DNA from: Candidatus Hydrogenedentota bacterium
Lineage (GTDB): Bacteria; Hydrogenedentota; Hydrogenedentia; Hydrogenedentales; SLHB01
NCBI GenBank assembly: GCA_963674865.2
Contig: CAXXYE010000002.1
Span: 1-64,000, forward strand
Direction: 5' to 3'
DNA length: 64,000 nucleotides
Part shown: positions 10,301 to 19,781 of the stretch, one piece after another
Position numbering within the stretch: the first letter of the stretch is position 1
Layout of the letters: every line of letters begins with the position of its first letter
Position numbers and translations under genes: made by a program
Notes under the pieces: generated by a model
The model's input: only the letters and a program-made list of their open reading frames with translations
Databases searched by the model: none
What the model was told of the DNA's origin: nothing

Positions 10301-10385
10301 ACCTACCTGCCGTGACTGGCGAGGCAACGTGGAGATAACCACGGTGGAGCGGCAGGTGCATTTGTGCCGTTCGCCTGGGCGCCAG
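10301..10385 (+). ncRNA. ZMP/ZTP (pfl) riboswitch
   Basis: P1 acctgcc/ggcaggt enclosing GTGACTGGCGA...GTGG...CCAC...GGAGC, then GCCGTTCGCCTGGGC (pseudoknot partner). Matches the ZTP consensus and lies upstream of a one-carbon metabolism operon. Confidence 0.9.
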
Positions 10386-10581
10386 GGCGTTGGGCAGCAT
10401 TCCCACCCCTGGAGTCAGAGCACTGATTGACAGCCCAAGGAATCCGGCCTGAAGAACCGGTTCTTGGCGGGGCGCGGCCTGAGAGCATTGCCTAGTCTTT
10501 CCGGGCCGGTGCATTGATCGCCAGTCCCGCCGTCTACCGGTCTTTCGGCCTTATCCGAAGGTGGCTGTCCAGGAGGCGGCC

Positions 10582-11646
10582 ATGCGGCACACACCCCTCT
10601 ATGAGGAGCATCAGTCCCAGGGCGGCAAGGTGGTCAATTTCCACGGTTGGGCCTTGCCTCTGCAGTTCTCCGGCATCATTGCCGAACATCACCATACGCG
10701 AACGTCAGCTTCCCTTTTCGATTGCTCCCACATGGGCGAGTTCCTGCTGAAAGGGCCCAAGGCCATCCGCGCGCTCGAAGGGATGGTCTTCAACGACATG
10801 ATCTGCCTGGGCGTGGGACGCTGCCGCTACACGAGCCTGCTCGATGTGTGCGGCGGGATCATCGATGACGTGATCGCGATGAAGCTGGCCGAGGATGAAC
10901 TCCTGGTGGTGACGAATGCCGTTCCGTATAACAAGGTCTCACGGGTGATGCGCCGCGTCTGCCAGGCGGAGGATCTTACCGCGGCGACGGCGAAGATCGA
11001 CGTGCAGGGGCCGAAGTCGCGGGAGGTGTTGCTGCGCCTTGGGCTGACGGATATCGAGCCCCTGCGGTATTTCAGCGTGTGCCGGACAAAATGGCGTGGC
11101 GTGGACATCATCGCTTCGCGGGCAGGCTACACAGGGGAACTGGGCTACGAGCTGTACGTGCCGAACGACTCGGCCGTGCCGGTTTGGCGCGAATTGGCGG
11201 CGTGTCCTGAGGTGGCGCCGGCGGGCCTCGGCGCGCGCGACACGCTCCGCCTCGAAATGGGCTACACGCTCTACGGGCAGGATGTGGACGAGTCGCACAC
11301 CACCCTCGAAGCGGGCATGGCGCGGTTCATCAATTGGGAAAGCGATTTCCACGCCAGAGAATATCTCCTGATGCAACGGGAAATGGGGCGTTACAAGGTG
11401 CGCACCGGCATCCGCTCGTTCGACCGCCGGGCGCCGCGGCACGAGCACCTCGTCTACCACGAAGGGCGGGTCGTCGGGGCGGTGACGAGCGGCACCTTCG
11501 GGCCGAGCGTGGGCCATGGGATTGGCATGGCCTATGTCCCCGTGGAGCTTTCGCAGTCCGGCAACCGGTTTACCGTCGGGCCCAAGGATTTGCCCGTCGA
11601 GACGGTGTCCTTTCCTTTCTACAAACATGGCAGCGTGCGGGACTGA
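10582..11646 (+). CDS. gcvT: Glycine cleavage system aminomethyltransferase T
   Basis: TPLYEEH, FDCSHMGE, SRAGYTGELGYE, GLGARDTLRLEMG; AGGAGG RBS. Confidence 0.97.
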   Translation: MRHTPLYEEHQSQGGKVVNFHGWALPLQFSGIIAEHHHTRTSASLFDCSHMGEFLLKGPKAIRALEGMVFNDMICLGVGRCRYTSLLDVCGGIIDDVIAMKLAEDELLVVTNAVPYNKVSRVMRRVCQAEDLTAATAKIDVQGPKSREVLLRLGLTDIEPLRYFSVCRTKWRGVDIIASRAGYTGELGYELYVPNDSAVPVWRELAACPEVAPAGLGARDTLRLEMGYTLYGQDVDESHTTLEAGMARFINWESDFHAREYLLMQREMGRYKVRTGIRSFDRRAPRHEHLVYHEGRVVGAVTSGTFGPSVGHGIGMAYVPVELSQSGNRFTVGPKDLPVETVSFPFYKHGSVRD

Positions 11647-11662
11647 AAAAGGGAGAGAGCGT

Positions 11663-12049
11663 ATGTATCCGAGCAACCTAAGGTACAGCAAGACGCACGA
11701 GTGGATTCGCGCCGAGGAAGGCCAGTGGGCCGTCGGCATCACGGCGTACGCGGCGGAGCACCTGGGCGAGGTAACCTATTTGGAACTCCCCGAGCCAGGG
11801 ACGGAAGTGAAAGCCGGAGATGAGGTCGGCGCAATTGAATCGGTAAAGGCCGCGAGCGAGATCTACTCCCCGGCGGGAGGCACGGTGGCGGAGGTGAATG
11901 AGGCGCTCACGGACAACCTGGAACGCATCGGCGCGAGTCCTCACGACGAGGCGTGGTTCTTCAAGCTGACGGGCGTTGACGAGGACGAGTTGGCAGGCCT
12001 GATGGACGCCGCGGCCTATGAAAAGTACCTGGCGGAGCTTGACGAATGA
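11663..12049 (+). CDS. gcvH: Glycine cleavage system H protein
   Basis: YSKTHEW, ESVKAASEIYSP (lipoyl lysine). Confidence 0.97.
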   Translation: MYPSNLRYSKTHEWIRAEEGQWAVGITAYAAEHLGEVTYLELPEPGTEVKAGDEVGAIESVKAASEIYSPAGGTVAEVNEALTDNLERIGASPHDEAWFFKLTGVDEDELAGLMDAAAYEKYLAELDE

Positions 12050-13332
12050 GCTGGATATCCACCACCCCCGCAGAGCGAGAGGAGATGCTCGCCGCCATCG
12101 GTGTCGAGACGATTGACGACCTCTTCGCCACGATTCCCGAGTCCGTCCGCCTGAAAGGACTGGACCTCCCCGGGAGCAAGTCGGAGATGGCGGTGGCGAA
12201 GGCCGTGGCGGATCTGGCGTCGCGCAACACGCCCGGCGTCGTGAGCTTCCTCGGCGGCGGATACTACGATCATTACATTCCGGCGGCTGTGGACGCGCTG
12301 GCGTCGCGGAGCGAGTTCCTCACGGCCTACACGCCGTATCAGCCGGAGTGCTCTCAAGGAACGCTTCAGGCGATCTACGAGTACCAGTCGGCGATCTGCC
12401 GGCTGGCCGGCATGGACGTGGCCAATGCCTCGCTTTACGACGGCGGCACGGCGGTGTTCGAGGCGGCGACAATGGCCGTGCGCGCGACACGTCGTGAGCG
12501 CATCGTGTGTGCGCCATCGCTCAATCCCCTATACCGGCGGATGCTGGCGACGCACATGGCGAACCTCGGACTCGAGATTCTCGACGGCGACAACGCGGAG
12601 GGCGCGGCGTGCGTCATCGCCCAGAATCCGAGTTTCCTCGGTGACATCCAGGACTTGACGGACTTGGCGGCTCGGTGTCACGAGCACGGGGCGCTGCTGG
12701 TGGTGTCGTTCTATCCCATCTCGCTGGGCCTGCTGAAATCTCCCGGCGAGATGGGCGCGGATATCGCCGTCGGCGAAGGACAAAGCCTTGGATTGCCGCT
12801 TGGCTTCGGCGGGCCGTACCTCGGCATCATGGCGACGCGTAAGAACCTGATCCGGAAGATGCCCGGCCGTATCGCGGCGGCTACGGCGGACGCCGAGGGC
12901 CGGCGAGGCTACGTGCTCACCTTGCAGGCACGGGAGCAGCACATCCGCCGCGAGAAGGCCATGTCGAACATCTGCTCGAATGAAGCGCACTGCGCGCTGC
13001 GGACGCTGATCTACCTTTGCATGCTCGGCAAGGAGGGCCTGCGGGAGGTGGCGGCCCAGTGTCACGCCAAAGCCGAATACCTGAAATCGCGCCTGGGCTT
13101 CGCGGAAACGCTCAACGCCGGCCCCACATTCAATGAATTTGCCGTGCGCCTACCGCGCAATGCCGCCGACGTGGCGCAGCGCCTGCTCGATCAAGGCTAC
13201 ACCGCGGGACTGCCGCTTGCGTCCCTTGATGCCGGCGGGCCGAACGACTTGTTGATCGCCGTGACGGAGCAGCGCACGCGTAAGGAAATGGATGAATTCG
13301 CAGCCGCATTGGAGAACGCATCGTGTCACTGA
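12046..13332 (+). CDS. gcvPA: Glycine dehydrogenase subunit 1
   Basis: FLGGGYY, TAYTPYQPE, NASLYDG, LQAREQHIRREKAMSNICSN. Confidence 0.96.
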   Translation: MSWISTTPAEREEMLAAIGVETIDDLFATIPESVRLKGLDLPGSKSEMAVAKAVADLASRNTPGVVSFLGGGYYDHYIPAAVDALASRSEFLTAYTPYQPECSQGTLQAIYEYQSAICRLAGMDVANASLYDGGTAVFEAATMAVRATRRERIVCAPSLNPLYRRMLATHMANLGLEILDGDNAEGAACVIAQNPSFLGDIQDLTDLAARCHEHGALLVVSFYPISLGLLKSPGEMGADIAVGEGQSLGLPLGFGGPYLGIMATRKNLIRKMPGRIAAATADAEGRRGYVLTLQAREQHIRREKAMSNICSNEAHCALRTLIYLCMLGKEGLREVAAQCHAKAEYLKSRLGFAETLNAGPTFNEFAVRLPRNAADVAQRLLDQGYTAGLPLASLDAGGPNDLLIAVTEQRTRKEMDEFAAALENASCH

Positions 13333-14756
13333 TCTTTGAGCAATCCCGTTGTGGCCGCCGGGCCATGAAACTCGAACCTTTGGACGTCCCCGAGGCGCCG
13401 TTAGCGGATGCGCTTTGCAGGCAATCGCCCGCCGAATTGCCGGAGGTGAGCGAACTGGACGTGGTGCGCCATTTCACGAACCTGTCGCGCAAGAACTTCG
13501 GGGTGGACTCCCATTTCTATCCGCTGGGATCGTGTACGATGAAGTACAATCCAAAGATTGCGGACGTGGCGGCGGGCCTGCCCGGATTCGCGGGACTCCA
13601 CCCGCACCTCGCGACGGAACATACCTATTGGCCCGCGTGCGGCGGGGCATTGGCGCTTATCCACGAGACGGAGCGCCTGCTTGCCGAAATCGCAGGCATG
13701 CGCCAGGTCAGCCTGCAACCTATGGCCGGCGCCCACGGCGAGCTGGCGGGCACGCTGTTGATCGCCGCGTATCACCGCGATAAGGGGAATCGTAAGGATA
13801 CGATCATCGTGCCGGACTCGGCCCACGGAACAAATCCGGCGAGCGCGGCCATCGCAGGCTACAAGGTGGTCGAGGTGCCGTCGGACAAGGACGGGACGAT
13901 CCACGTGGATTCCTTCCGCGCTGTGCTGAACGAGTCGGTGGCGGGCGTGATGCTGACCTGCCCCAATACGCACGGGCTGTTCGAGCCGGCGGTTCAGGAA
14001 CTTGCGAAACTGGCGCACGAGGTGGACGCGCTAATGTATTACGACGGCGCGAACCTCAACGCCATCATCGGCAAGTGCCGTCCAGGGGACCTCGGTTTTG
14101 ACGTGATGCACTTCAATCTGCACAAGACGTTCGGTACGCCTCACGGCATGGGTGGGCCGGGCTCGGGGCCCGTCGGCGTGGGTGAGCGGCTCGAACCCTT
14201 CCTTCCAGGGCCGCGCGTGATACGCGCCGGCGAAGATCTGCGAATCGCTGTGCCGCCGAAATCCATCGGGCAGATGGCGCCCTTCTTCGGCAATTTCCTG
14301 GTTGCCGTCCGGGCGTACGCGTACATCCTTCAGTTGGGAGGCGAAGGGCTGAGGGAAGTGGCCGAGAACGCCGTGCTCAACGCCAATTACATGCTCGCCC
14401 GGCTGCGAGCGGCCTATCAGCCGGCGTTCGAGTCGGGATTCATGCACGAGTGCGTGCTCACCGGCACGCCCCAGGCCAAGCAAGGCGCCAGGGCCCTTGA
14501 CATCGCGAAGGCCCTGCTCGACTATGGATTCCACGCCCCGACGGTGTACTTCCCGTTGACAGTGAAAGAGAGTCTGATGATTGAGCCGACTGAGACGGAG
14601 TCGAAGGCCACGCTGGACGCTTTCTGCGAGGCCATGCTCGAGATCGCGGCGGCCATCGAGAAGGATGCGGCGTCCCTGGCCGATGCGCCCCGCACCACGC
14701 CCGTGGGGCGGCTCGACGAGGTGCGGGCGGCGAAGGAGCTGGACGTCGCCTACTGA
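13323..14756 (+). CDS. gcvPB: Glycine dehydrogenase subunit 2
   Basis: YPLGSCTMKYNP, SAHGTNPASA, HFNLHKTF (PLP lysine), MIEPTETE. Confidence 0.96.
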   Translation: MSLIFEQSRCGRRAMKLEPLDVPEAPLADALCRQSPAELPEVSELDVVRHFTNLSRKNFGVDSHFYPLGSCTMKYNPKIADVAAGLPGFAGLHPHLATEHTYWPACGGALALIHETERLLAEIAGMRQVSLQPMAGAHGELAGTLLIAAYHRDKGNRKDTIIVPDSAHGTNPASAAIAGYKVVEVPSDKDGTIHVDSFRAVLNESVAGVMLTCPNTHGLFEPAVQELAKLAHEVDALMYYDGANLNAIIGKCRPGDLGFDVMHFNLHKTFGTPHGMGGPGSGPVGVGERLEPFLPGPRVIRAGEDLRIAVPPKSIGQMAPFFGNFLVAVRAYAYILQLGGEGLREVAENAVLNANYMLARLRAAYQPAFESGFMHECVLTGTPQAKQGARALDIAKALLDYGFHAPTVYFPLTVKESLMIEPTETESKATLDAFCEAMLEIAAAIEKDAASLADAPRTTPVGRLDEVRAAKELDVAY

Positions 14757-14782
14757 GGGTGCGGCCAGGCCGGACTACTAAT

Positions 14783-15532
14783 ATGCGCTTCCTCGACGTT
14801 TCGCTTGACGAGCCGGCGGAGAATCTCGCCTTTGACGAGGTGCTACTCAATGAGGCCGAGTCCGGCCGGGCGGGCGAGGTGCTGCGCCTATGGGAAAGCG
14901 GCGTAAGGTTCGTGGTGCTGGGCGTGGCGCAAGTCCTGTCGGAACACGTCGACGAGAAGGCGTGCCGCGCGGACGGCGTACCGATCATGCGGCGCTGCTC
15001 GGGCGGCGGATGCGTGCTGCAAGGGCCGGGATGCCTGAATTACTCCCTGGTGTTAGCGCACGCGTCGCGGCCGGAACTGAAGACGATTCGGGGATCGTAC
15101 CGGCATATCTTCGAGGCCCTGTGCCGTGCCTTTCAGGAACACGGCGTATCGCTGCGTCAAGAAGGCATTTCCGACTTGGCCATTGGGGACAGAAAGATCT
15201 CGGGCAACGCCCAAAAACGCCGCAGAAGGGCCATCCTTCATCACGGAACCTTGCTCTACTCGGCCGGAAACGCGGCCGCCGGCACGGATATGGCCGGCGC
15301 GTCCGAACGCTACTTGCGGGAGCCCTCGGAGCGGCCCGCATACCGCGGCCAACGGGCCCACGGCGACTTCATGGGCGTGTTGCCTATGGAAGCCGCGCAG
15401 CTCAAGGCTATCCTGAAGAGCGCATTTGGCTGTGAAAGACTGTCAGAGTCTCCTTCTCAACAGGAAACACAGGCACTGCGGGAATTGGCGGCAGAGCAAT
15501 ACGCCTCGGATGCGTGGATCAGGCGGCGATAG
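14783..15532 (+). CDS. Lipoate-protein ligase A family (LipM/LipL/LplA-like)
   Basis: RRCSGGGCV, KISGNAQ, HHGTLL; follows the gcv genes. Confidence 0.9.
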   Translation: MRFLDVSLDEPAENLAFDEVLLNEAESGRAGEVLRLWESGVRFVVLGVAQVLSEHVDEKACRADGVPIMRRCSGGGCVLQGPGCLNYSLVLAHASRPELKTIRGSYRHIFEALCRAFQEHGVSLRQEGISDLAIGDRKISGNAQKRRRRAILHHGTLLYSAGNAAAGTDMAGASERYLREPSERPAYRGQRAHGDFMGVLPMEAAQLKAILKSAFGCERLSESPSQQETQALRELAAEQYASDAWIRRR

Positions 15533-15575
15533 CCCGCCGAGGGAAAGCCATTCGAGCCGGGAGGGAGGGGATGCG

Positions 15576-16571
15576 ATGACACAAGAAGCGCGCGTCTGTG
15601 CGATCATGTACGGCGGGAGTGGCGAGCAAGACGACCCCATCGCCGCCAACGTGCGGGAAGTCTCCGCGCTCATCGATCAGGCCGCCCAAGATCAGCCGGA
15701 TCTTATTGCCCTGCCGGAGTGTTTCAACGCCCTTGGCCTGAAGGATAAGCCCTTGACGTCGACGGCGGAACCCATCGACGGCCCCACCGTCGCCGCCATC
15801 GCCGCGAAGGCGCGGCAGTACAACACCTACATCGTCTGCCCTATCTACGAGCAAAAAGAGGGGCTCCTCTACAACTCCGCCGTGCTCATTGATCGCGCAG
15901 GCCATCCCTTGGGCGCTTATCACAAGATGTGCCCCACGCCCGGCGAACTCGAGGCGGGCGTCACGCCCGGCGAGGACGCCTGGGTGGTCGAGACGGACTT
16001 CGGCCCGGTAGGTTTCGCCATCTGCTTCGACCTGAATTTCCGGGCCGTCGGCGAGGCGAACCGCCGGCAGGGCGCCAAGCTGGTGGTGTTCTCCTCGATG
16101 TACCGGGGCGGGCTCTCGGCGCGCATCTGGGCCTATGATTTCGGCTGCTATCTCCTATCGTCTACGCCGTCCGAGATGAGCCATCTCTGCGATCCTTTAG
16201 GACGCGTCATCGCGGACCTCTGGCACTACCAGCCGGTGATGGCGCGTTCCATAAACCTCGACTTCGAGATTCTCCACATCGATGAGAACGGCGCGAAGTG
16301 GCCGGAGATCCGGAAACGCTTCGGCCCACGGGTGGCTCTCGACATCCTCGGCCCGGAAGGGGTCTTCATGATGACGTCTCGGCATCCCGAAATGAGCATT
16401 CGTGATATAATCGCCGCGCTCGAACTCGAGCCGAGGACAGACTACTTTGAGCGGGCTTCGCAGGCCCGGGAGCGCGCCCTGAAATGCGGCGGCCGGCGCG
16501 CTGACGCGGTGGCTCAGACACCCCGTACGTCCCCTGCCGCTACAAAGGATAGGACCCCCTCCGCGGATTGA
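15576..16571 (+). CDS. Carbon-nitrogen hydrolase (nitrilase superfamily)
   Basis: Catalytic triad motifs LPE, YHK, ICFD. Confidence 0.9.
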   Translation: MTQEARVCAIMYGGSGEQDDPIAANVREVSALIDQAAQDQPDLIALPECFNALGLKDKPLTSTAEPIDGPTVAAIAAKARQYNTYIVCPIYEQKEGLLYNSAVLIDRAGHPLGAYHKMCPTPGELEAGVTPGEDAWVVETDFGPVGFAICFDLNFRAVGEANRRQGAKLVVFSSMYRGGLSARIWAYDFGCYLLSSTPSEMSHLCDPLGRVIADLWHYQPVMARSINLDFEILHIDENGAKWPEIRKRFGPRVALDILGPEGVFMMTSRHPEMSIRDIIAALELEPRTDYFERASQARERALKCGGRRADAVAQTPRTSPAATKDRTPSAD

Positions 16572-17275
16572 CGGTTTTCAGGGGGTCTGATACCATTGAC
16601 GTGTCAAGATTAGCAGCGATACATCTGCCGCGGTGGCTCGCGGCGGCGGGCATCGGCGCAGCGGCGGCCGTCGCCACATGGACGGCCGTACATGTTGGTT
16701 TCGCCTCGCCCGAACATACCGATGAGGGGGCGCCTTTGAGCGACAGCGTCGGTGTAGAGAGCGACGCCGTTCCGCAAATCGGCAGCGCAATGCGCTATGC
16801 CCGTGCCGTCCAGGAGGGCGATTGCGAGGAAGTCATCCAATCGACCCAATGGATGGTGGAGCGCCTGGAGCAGGTGCGTCTGGAGGCGGGAGAGTCCGAT
16901 GAAGTCGACGTCGCGCGCGACGGCCTGTGTAAGAAGATGCAAGTGAGACTCGTCGAAAGGAACCAGCTCCAGACTGAAGGTATTGAAGACCAGTACCTGT
17001 TCAGCCCCGGCGCCGACCTCGAAGTGGCCGGAACCGATGACGGACGGCAGCACCTCGCCAGGCGCGTCTGGGAACGGACGTGGATACGCGTCAGCTACCC
17101 TTCGCGGCATTGTGCGCCCCGCGATGAGCTGGGGCGCCCGATCAAGTCGCTCCTTGTCGGCGTCAATGTATCGGCGGATGGCCGCGTGCTTAAGTCGGGC
17201 GTGCTTGGAAACCTGGACATCGACCGCGATTCCATCGTATATGATTGGGAAAGCGACCAGTTAGGAGGTCCGTAA
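16568..17275 (+). CDS. Hypothetical membrane-anchored protein
   Basis: Overlaps both neighbours; N-terminal hydrophobic helix; start uncertain. Confidence 0.65.
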   Translation: MTVFRGSDTIDVSRLAAIHLPRWLAAAGIGAAAAVATWTAVHVGFASPEHTDEGAPLSDSVGVESDAVPQIGSAMRYARAVQEGDCEEVIQSTQWMVERLEQVRLEAGESDEVDVARDGLCKKMQVRLVERNQLQTEGIEDQYLFSPGADLEVAGTDDGRQHLARRVWERTWIRVSYPSRHCAPRDELGRPIKSLLVGVNVSADGRVLKSGVLGNLDIDRDSIVYDWESDQLGGP

Positions 17276-17712
17276 TGCCGCTGGCAAAGTGCCCACGCTG
17301 CAATCAGCTCTTCACGAAGAGCGAAGAAGTGGTTTGCGCACGCTGCGAGCCGGCCGAGCGGGCCGACTATGAGATGGTGCGTGAGGCCCTGCAGAAAGTG
17401 CCTCACCTCAACGCTGAGGAAGTGGCGGAAGAGACGGGCGTCGCCCGCGACTGCGTACTCCGCATGATAGACCAGGGCCTCATCCAGAACGTGTCCGTCA
17501 ACAAGACCGTTCGCTGCGGACGCTGCGGCAAGCCGGCCATCAGCGTGAGCAAGCGGTTGTGCCAAGCGTGTCTGGAGAAACTGAATGCGCAGCTCGCGGT
17601 CGAGCGGGCGAGTGTGAAGTTGCCGCCCGAGAAACAGGCGGATGTTGCGGAGATGAAGTCATCAGTTCGCCAGATCCTCGATGCGAAACGCAAGAGTCCC
17701 GAGGAATCATAG
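17275..17712 (+). CDS. Zn-finger/HTH protein, YvyF-like
   Basis: AGGAGG RBS; CPRC...CARC, an HTH-like EEVAEETGV segment, second CGRC...CQAC. Confidence 0.7.
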   Translation: MPLAKCPRCNQLFTKSEEVVCARCEPAERADYEMVREALQKVPHLNAEEVAEETGVARDCVLRMIDQGLIQNVSVNKTVRCGRCGKPAISVSKRLCQACLEKLNAQLAVERASVKLPPEKQADVAEMKSSVRQILDAKRKSPEES

Positions 17713-17763
17713 GCAAGGCTCACTCGGCGGCCTTCCTGAGGCGCCCATTGGGAGTGCATGCAA

Positions 17764-17928
17764 ATGACGACGAGCGATAAGATCGGTGTGGCCGTGCTGG
17801 TGGCGCTCTTTCTTGCGCTCATGGGCACCCTCGCCTGGACCCTCAAGGGCACTGGCGGGGGCTCTCACAATATCGAGGACAGTCCCATTATCAAGCAGCG
17901 GATCATCAATGTTCAGAAGAGCAAATAG
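17764..17928 (+). CDS. Small single-TM protein (54 aa; not in the ORF track)
   Basis: MTTSDKIGVAVLVALFLALMGTLAWTLKGTGGGSHNIEDSPIIKQRIINVQKSK; GGAG upstream; fills an operon gap. Confidence 0.7.
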   Translation: MTTSDKIGVAVLVALFLALMGTLAWTLKGTGGGSHNIEDSPIIKQRIINVQKSK

Positions 17929-17964
17929 CGAACGTCGCCCGGCGCTCCTGAGACAACCATCATC

Positions 17965-19134
17965 GTGAAGTTCAGCATGTTTTCCACACGTATACCTTTA
18001 GCGCCCGTGTTTCTTGCCTATGCGCTGGCTCTTGCCGCTGCCGCGCCGGCCGGGGCCGAAGTGTACGCTTTCCGCCTGACGCTTGACGGCGACGCGCGCG
18101 TCGCGACCGTGCCCCAACGGACACACGAAGGCGCGCCGTACGTGTCCTTGCGGAGTCTTGTACAACAGCTTGGCGGCGCATGCGAGGTGGTTCACGGCCG
18201 CGCACAAGTCGACTTCCTGGGGAAAAGCGCGTGGATCGCCATCGGCGACAGGGCCGTTGATGCCTCATTGAGCCGGTTTTTCCTCAACCATCCCGTAGTG
18301 CGCGATAATACCGATGTCCTCATGGCCCTCAGCGATGTGTCTCTCTTCTTCGCCCAGGCCTTCCGCGCCGCGCTCGAACGGGAGACCCTCTCGGGCACGG
18401 CCGCTCCGGCCGAAGAAAAGGAAGTGCCGGTAGTCGCGGAAGAATTGCCCGTCCCGGGCAGCGCCCCGGCGCATAGCGCTCCATCCATGTTCGCCGAGCC
18501 CCCGCCGTATCATCCCATTGAAACCGTTATTCTGGATGCGGGCCACGGAGGCGCGGAGACGGGCTGTGTCGGCTCCGCCGGCTTCGCGGAGAAGGACCTC
18601 ACCCTCTCGCTCGTTCGACGCCTCAAGCAGCGGCTCGGGGCGTCCACCCGGCTGCGCGTGTTACTCACCCGCGATGAAGACGTGGCGCTCGCGGCAAATC
18701 AGCGCGCGGACCTCGCGAATATCCAAAGGGGAGATGTGCTCATCAGCATTCACGGCGGCGCCAGCTACTCACCGACCGCCCACGGCGTCGAGGTCTTCTG
18801 GACAAGCGGAGGAACGCGCCCCTCGAATCTGGGCGCGCGTGGCATGGCCGCCCAGAAGGACTACGGGCCGGAGAGCCAGGCCGTGGCGGCCGTGGTGGCG
18901 GAGTCGTTGGCGCAGGAAACGGGCGCCCCGCTTCGTGGTGTGCGGGAAGCGCCGTGTCTTCTCCTCAAGAAGGTGACGATGCCGGGACTGTTAATCGAGG
19001 TGGGCTGCATGACGACGGCGGCCGAAGAGTCATTGCTTCAAACCGACGCGTACCAAGAGAAGATCGCCGACGGAATTGCCGCGGGACTCTCGCGGTATAT
19101 GGCGGCTGGCGAATCAGGGCAGGCGGCGCCATGA
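17965..19134 (+). CDS. N-acetylmuramoyl-L-alanine amidase (Amidase_3)
   Basis: Signal peptide; LDAGHGG, EKD, ISIH, LIEVG. Confidence 0.9.
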   Translation: MKFSMFSTRIPLAPVFLAYALALAAAAPAGAEVYAFRLTLDGDARVATVPQRTHEGAPYVSLRSLVQQLGGACEVVHGRAQVDFLGKSAWIAIGDRAVDASLSRFFLNHPVVRDNTDVLMALSDVSLFFAQAFRAALERETLSGTAAPAEEKEVPVVAEELPVPGSAPAHSAPSMFAEPPPYHPIETVILDAGHGGAETGCVGSAGFAEKDLTLSLVRRLKQRLGASTRLRVLLTRDEDVALAANQRADLANIQRGDVLISIHGGASYSPTAHGVEVFWTSGGTRPSNLGARGMAAQKDYGPESQAVAAVVAESLAQETGAPLRGVREAPCLLLKKVTMPGLLIEVGCMTTAAEESLLQTDAYQEKIADGIAAGLSRYMAAGESGQAAP

Positions 19135-19781
19135 GCGGCCTCAAAGTACGTCAAGTGTGGGAGCGGGCCCTCCTCGCAATGTGGGGAATGGCGACCTTGG
19201 TATTGCTCTTCTGCGTGGTGTTCCTGGCATACGCCGTGGCGCAGCGAGGGGAGAATCCCCTGCGTCTATCCGGCGAGGCCGCCAAGCCGCGTGTGAGGCA
19301 GCCGGAGGCCGGGGGCCAGTCGCTTCCTAAGGAGGTCCAGTTATTCTTCGCGGATCGCAACGGGGCCTCCCTCGTGCCGGAATCGCGCACGTTGGAATGC
19401 GGCGACAGCACCGTGGAGAACTGCCGGCGGGCTCTCGAAGCGCTCATCGAAGGGCCGCAGACGGAGTTGACGCCCATCTTCCCGGCGGGAACGCGCGTGC
19501 GCGCGCTTTATCTGCTCGACGATGGCGAACTTGTCATTGACTTCTCCCGCGAGCTGGCCCGCCCCAAGCAAAGCAGCGTCTCCATGGAGGCGTTACTACT
19601 GTACGGCGTCGCCGGCGCGCTGACGCAGCCCGGCCTGCGCGGGGAAAATGACGAGAGCGTGCGCACGGTTCGGTTCCTCATCGAAGGGGCTCCACCGGGC
19701 GACTCGTTTCGGAGCCACCTGGACTTGTCGCAGGCTTTGTCCCCCGATCGGCGCTGGGTGATGCCCGTTGAAAGGCGCTAG
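19131..19781 (+). CDS. GerMN domain protein
   Basis: N-terminal TM; LFFAD...LVPESR, ALEALIEGP...PIFPAGT, VRFLIEG; typical amidase-GerMN-murI context. Confidence 0.85.
   Translation: MSGLKVRQVWERALLAMWGMATLVLLFCVVFLAYAVAQRGENPLRLSGEAAKPRVRQPEAGGQSLPKEVQLFFADRNGASLVPESRTLECGDSTVENCRRALEALIEGPQTELTPIFPAGTRVRALYLLDDGELVIDFSRELARPKQSSVSMEALLLYGVAGALTQPGLRGENDESVRTVRFLIEGAPPGDSFRSHLDLSQALSPDRRWVMPVERR

Noticed and set aside
10440..10575. Glycine riboswitch
   Set aside because: No sense-strand match. Only a faint antisense resemblance (ggacag...ccgaa...ctctcagg) in the wrong orientation for gcvT; the ZTP aptamer explains the leader.
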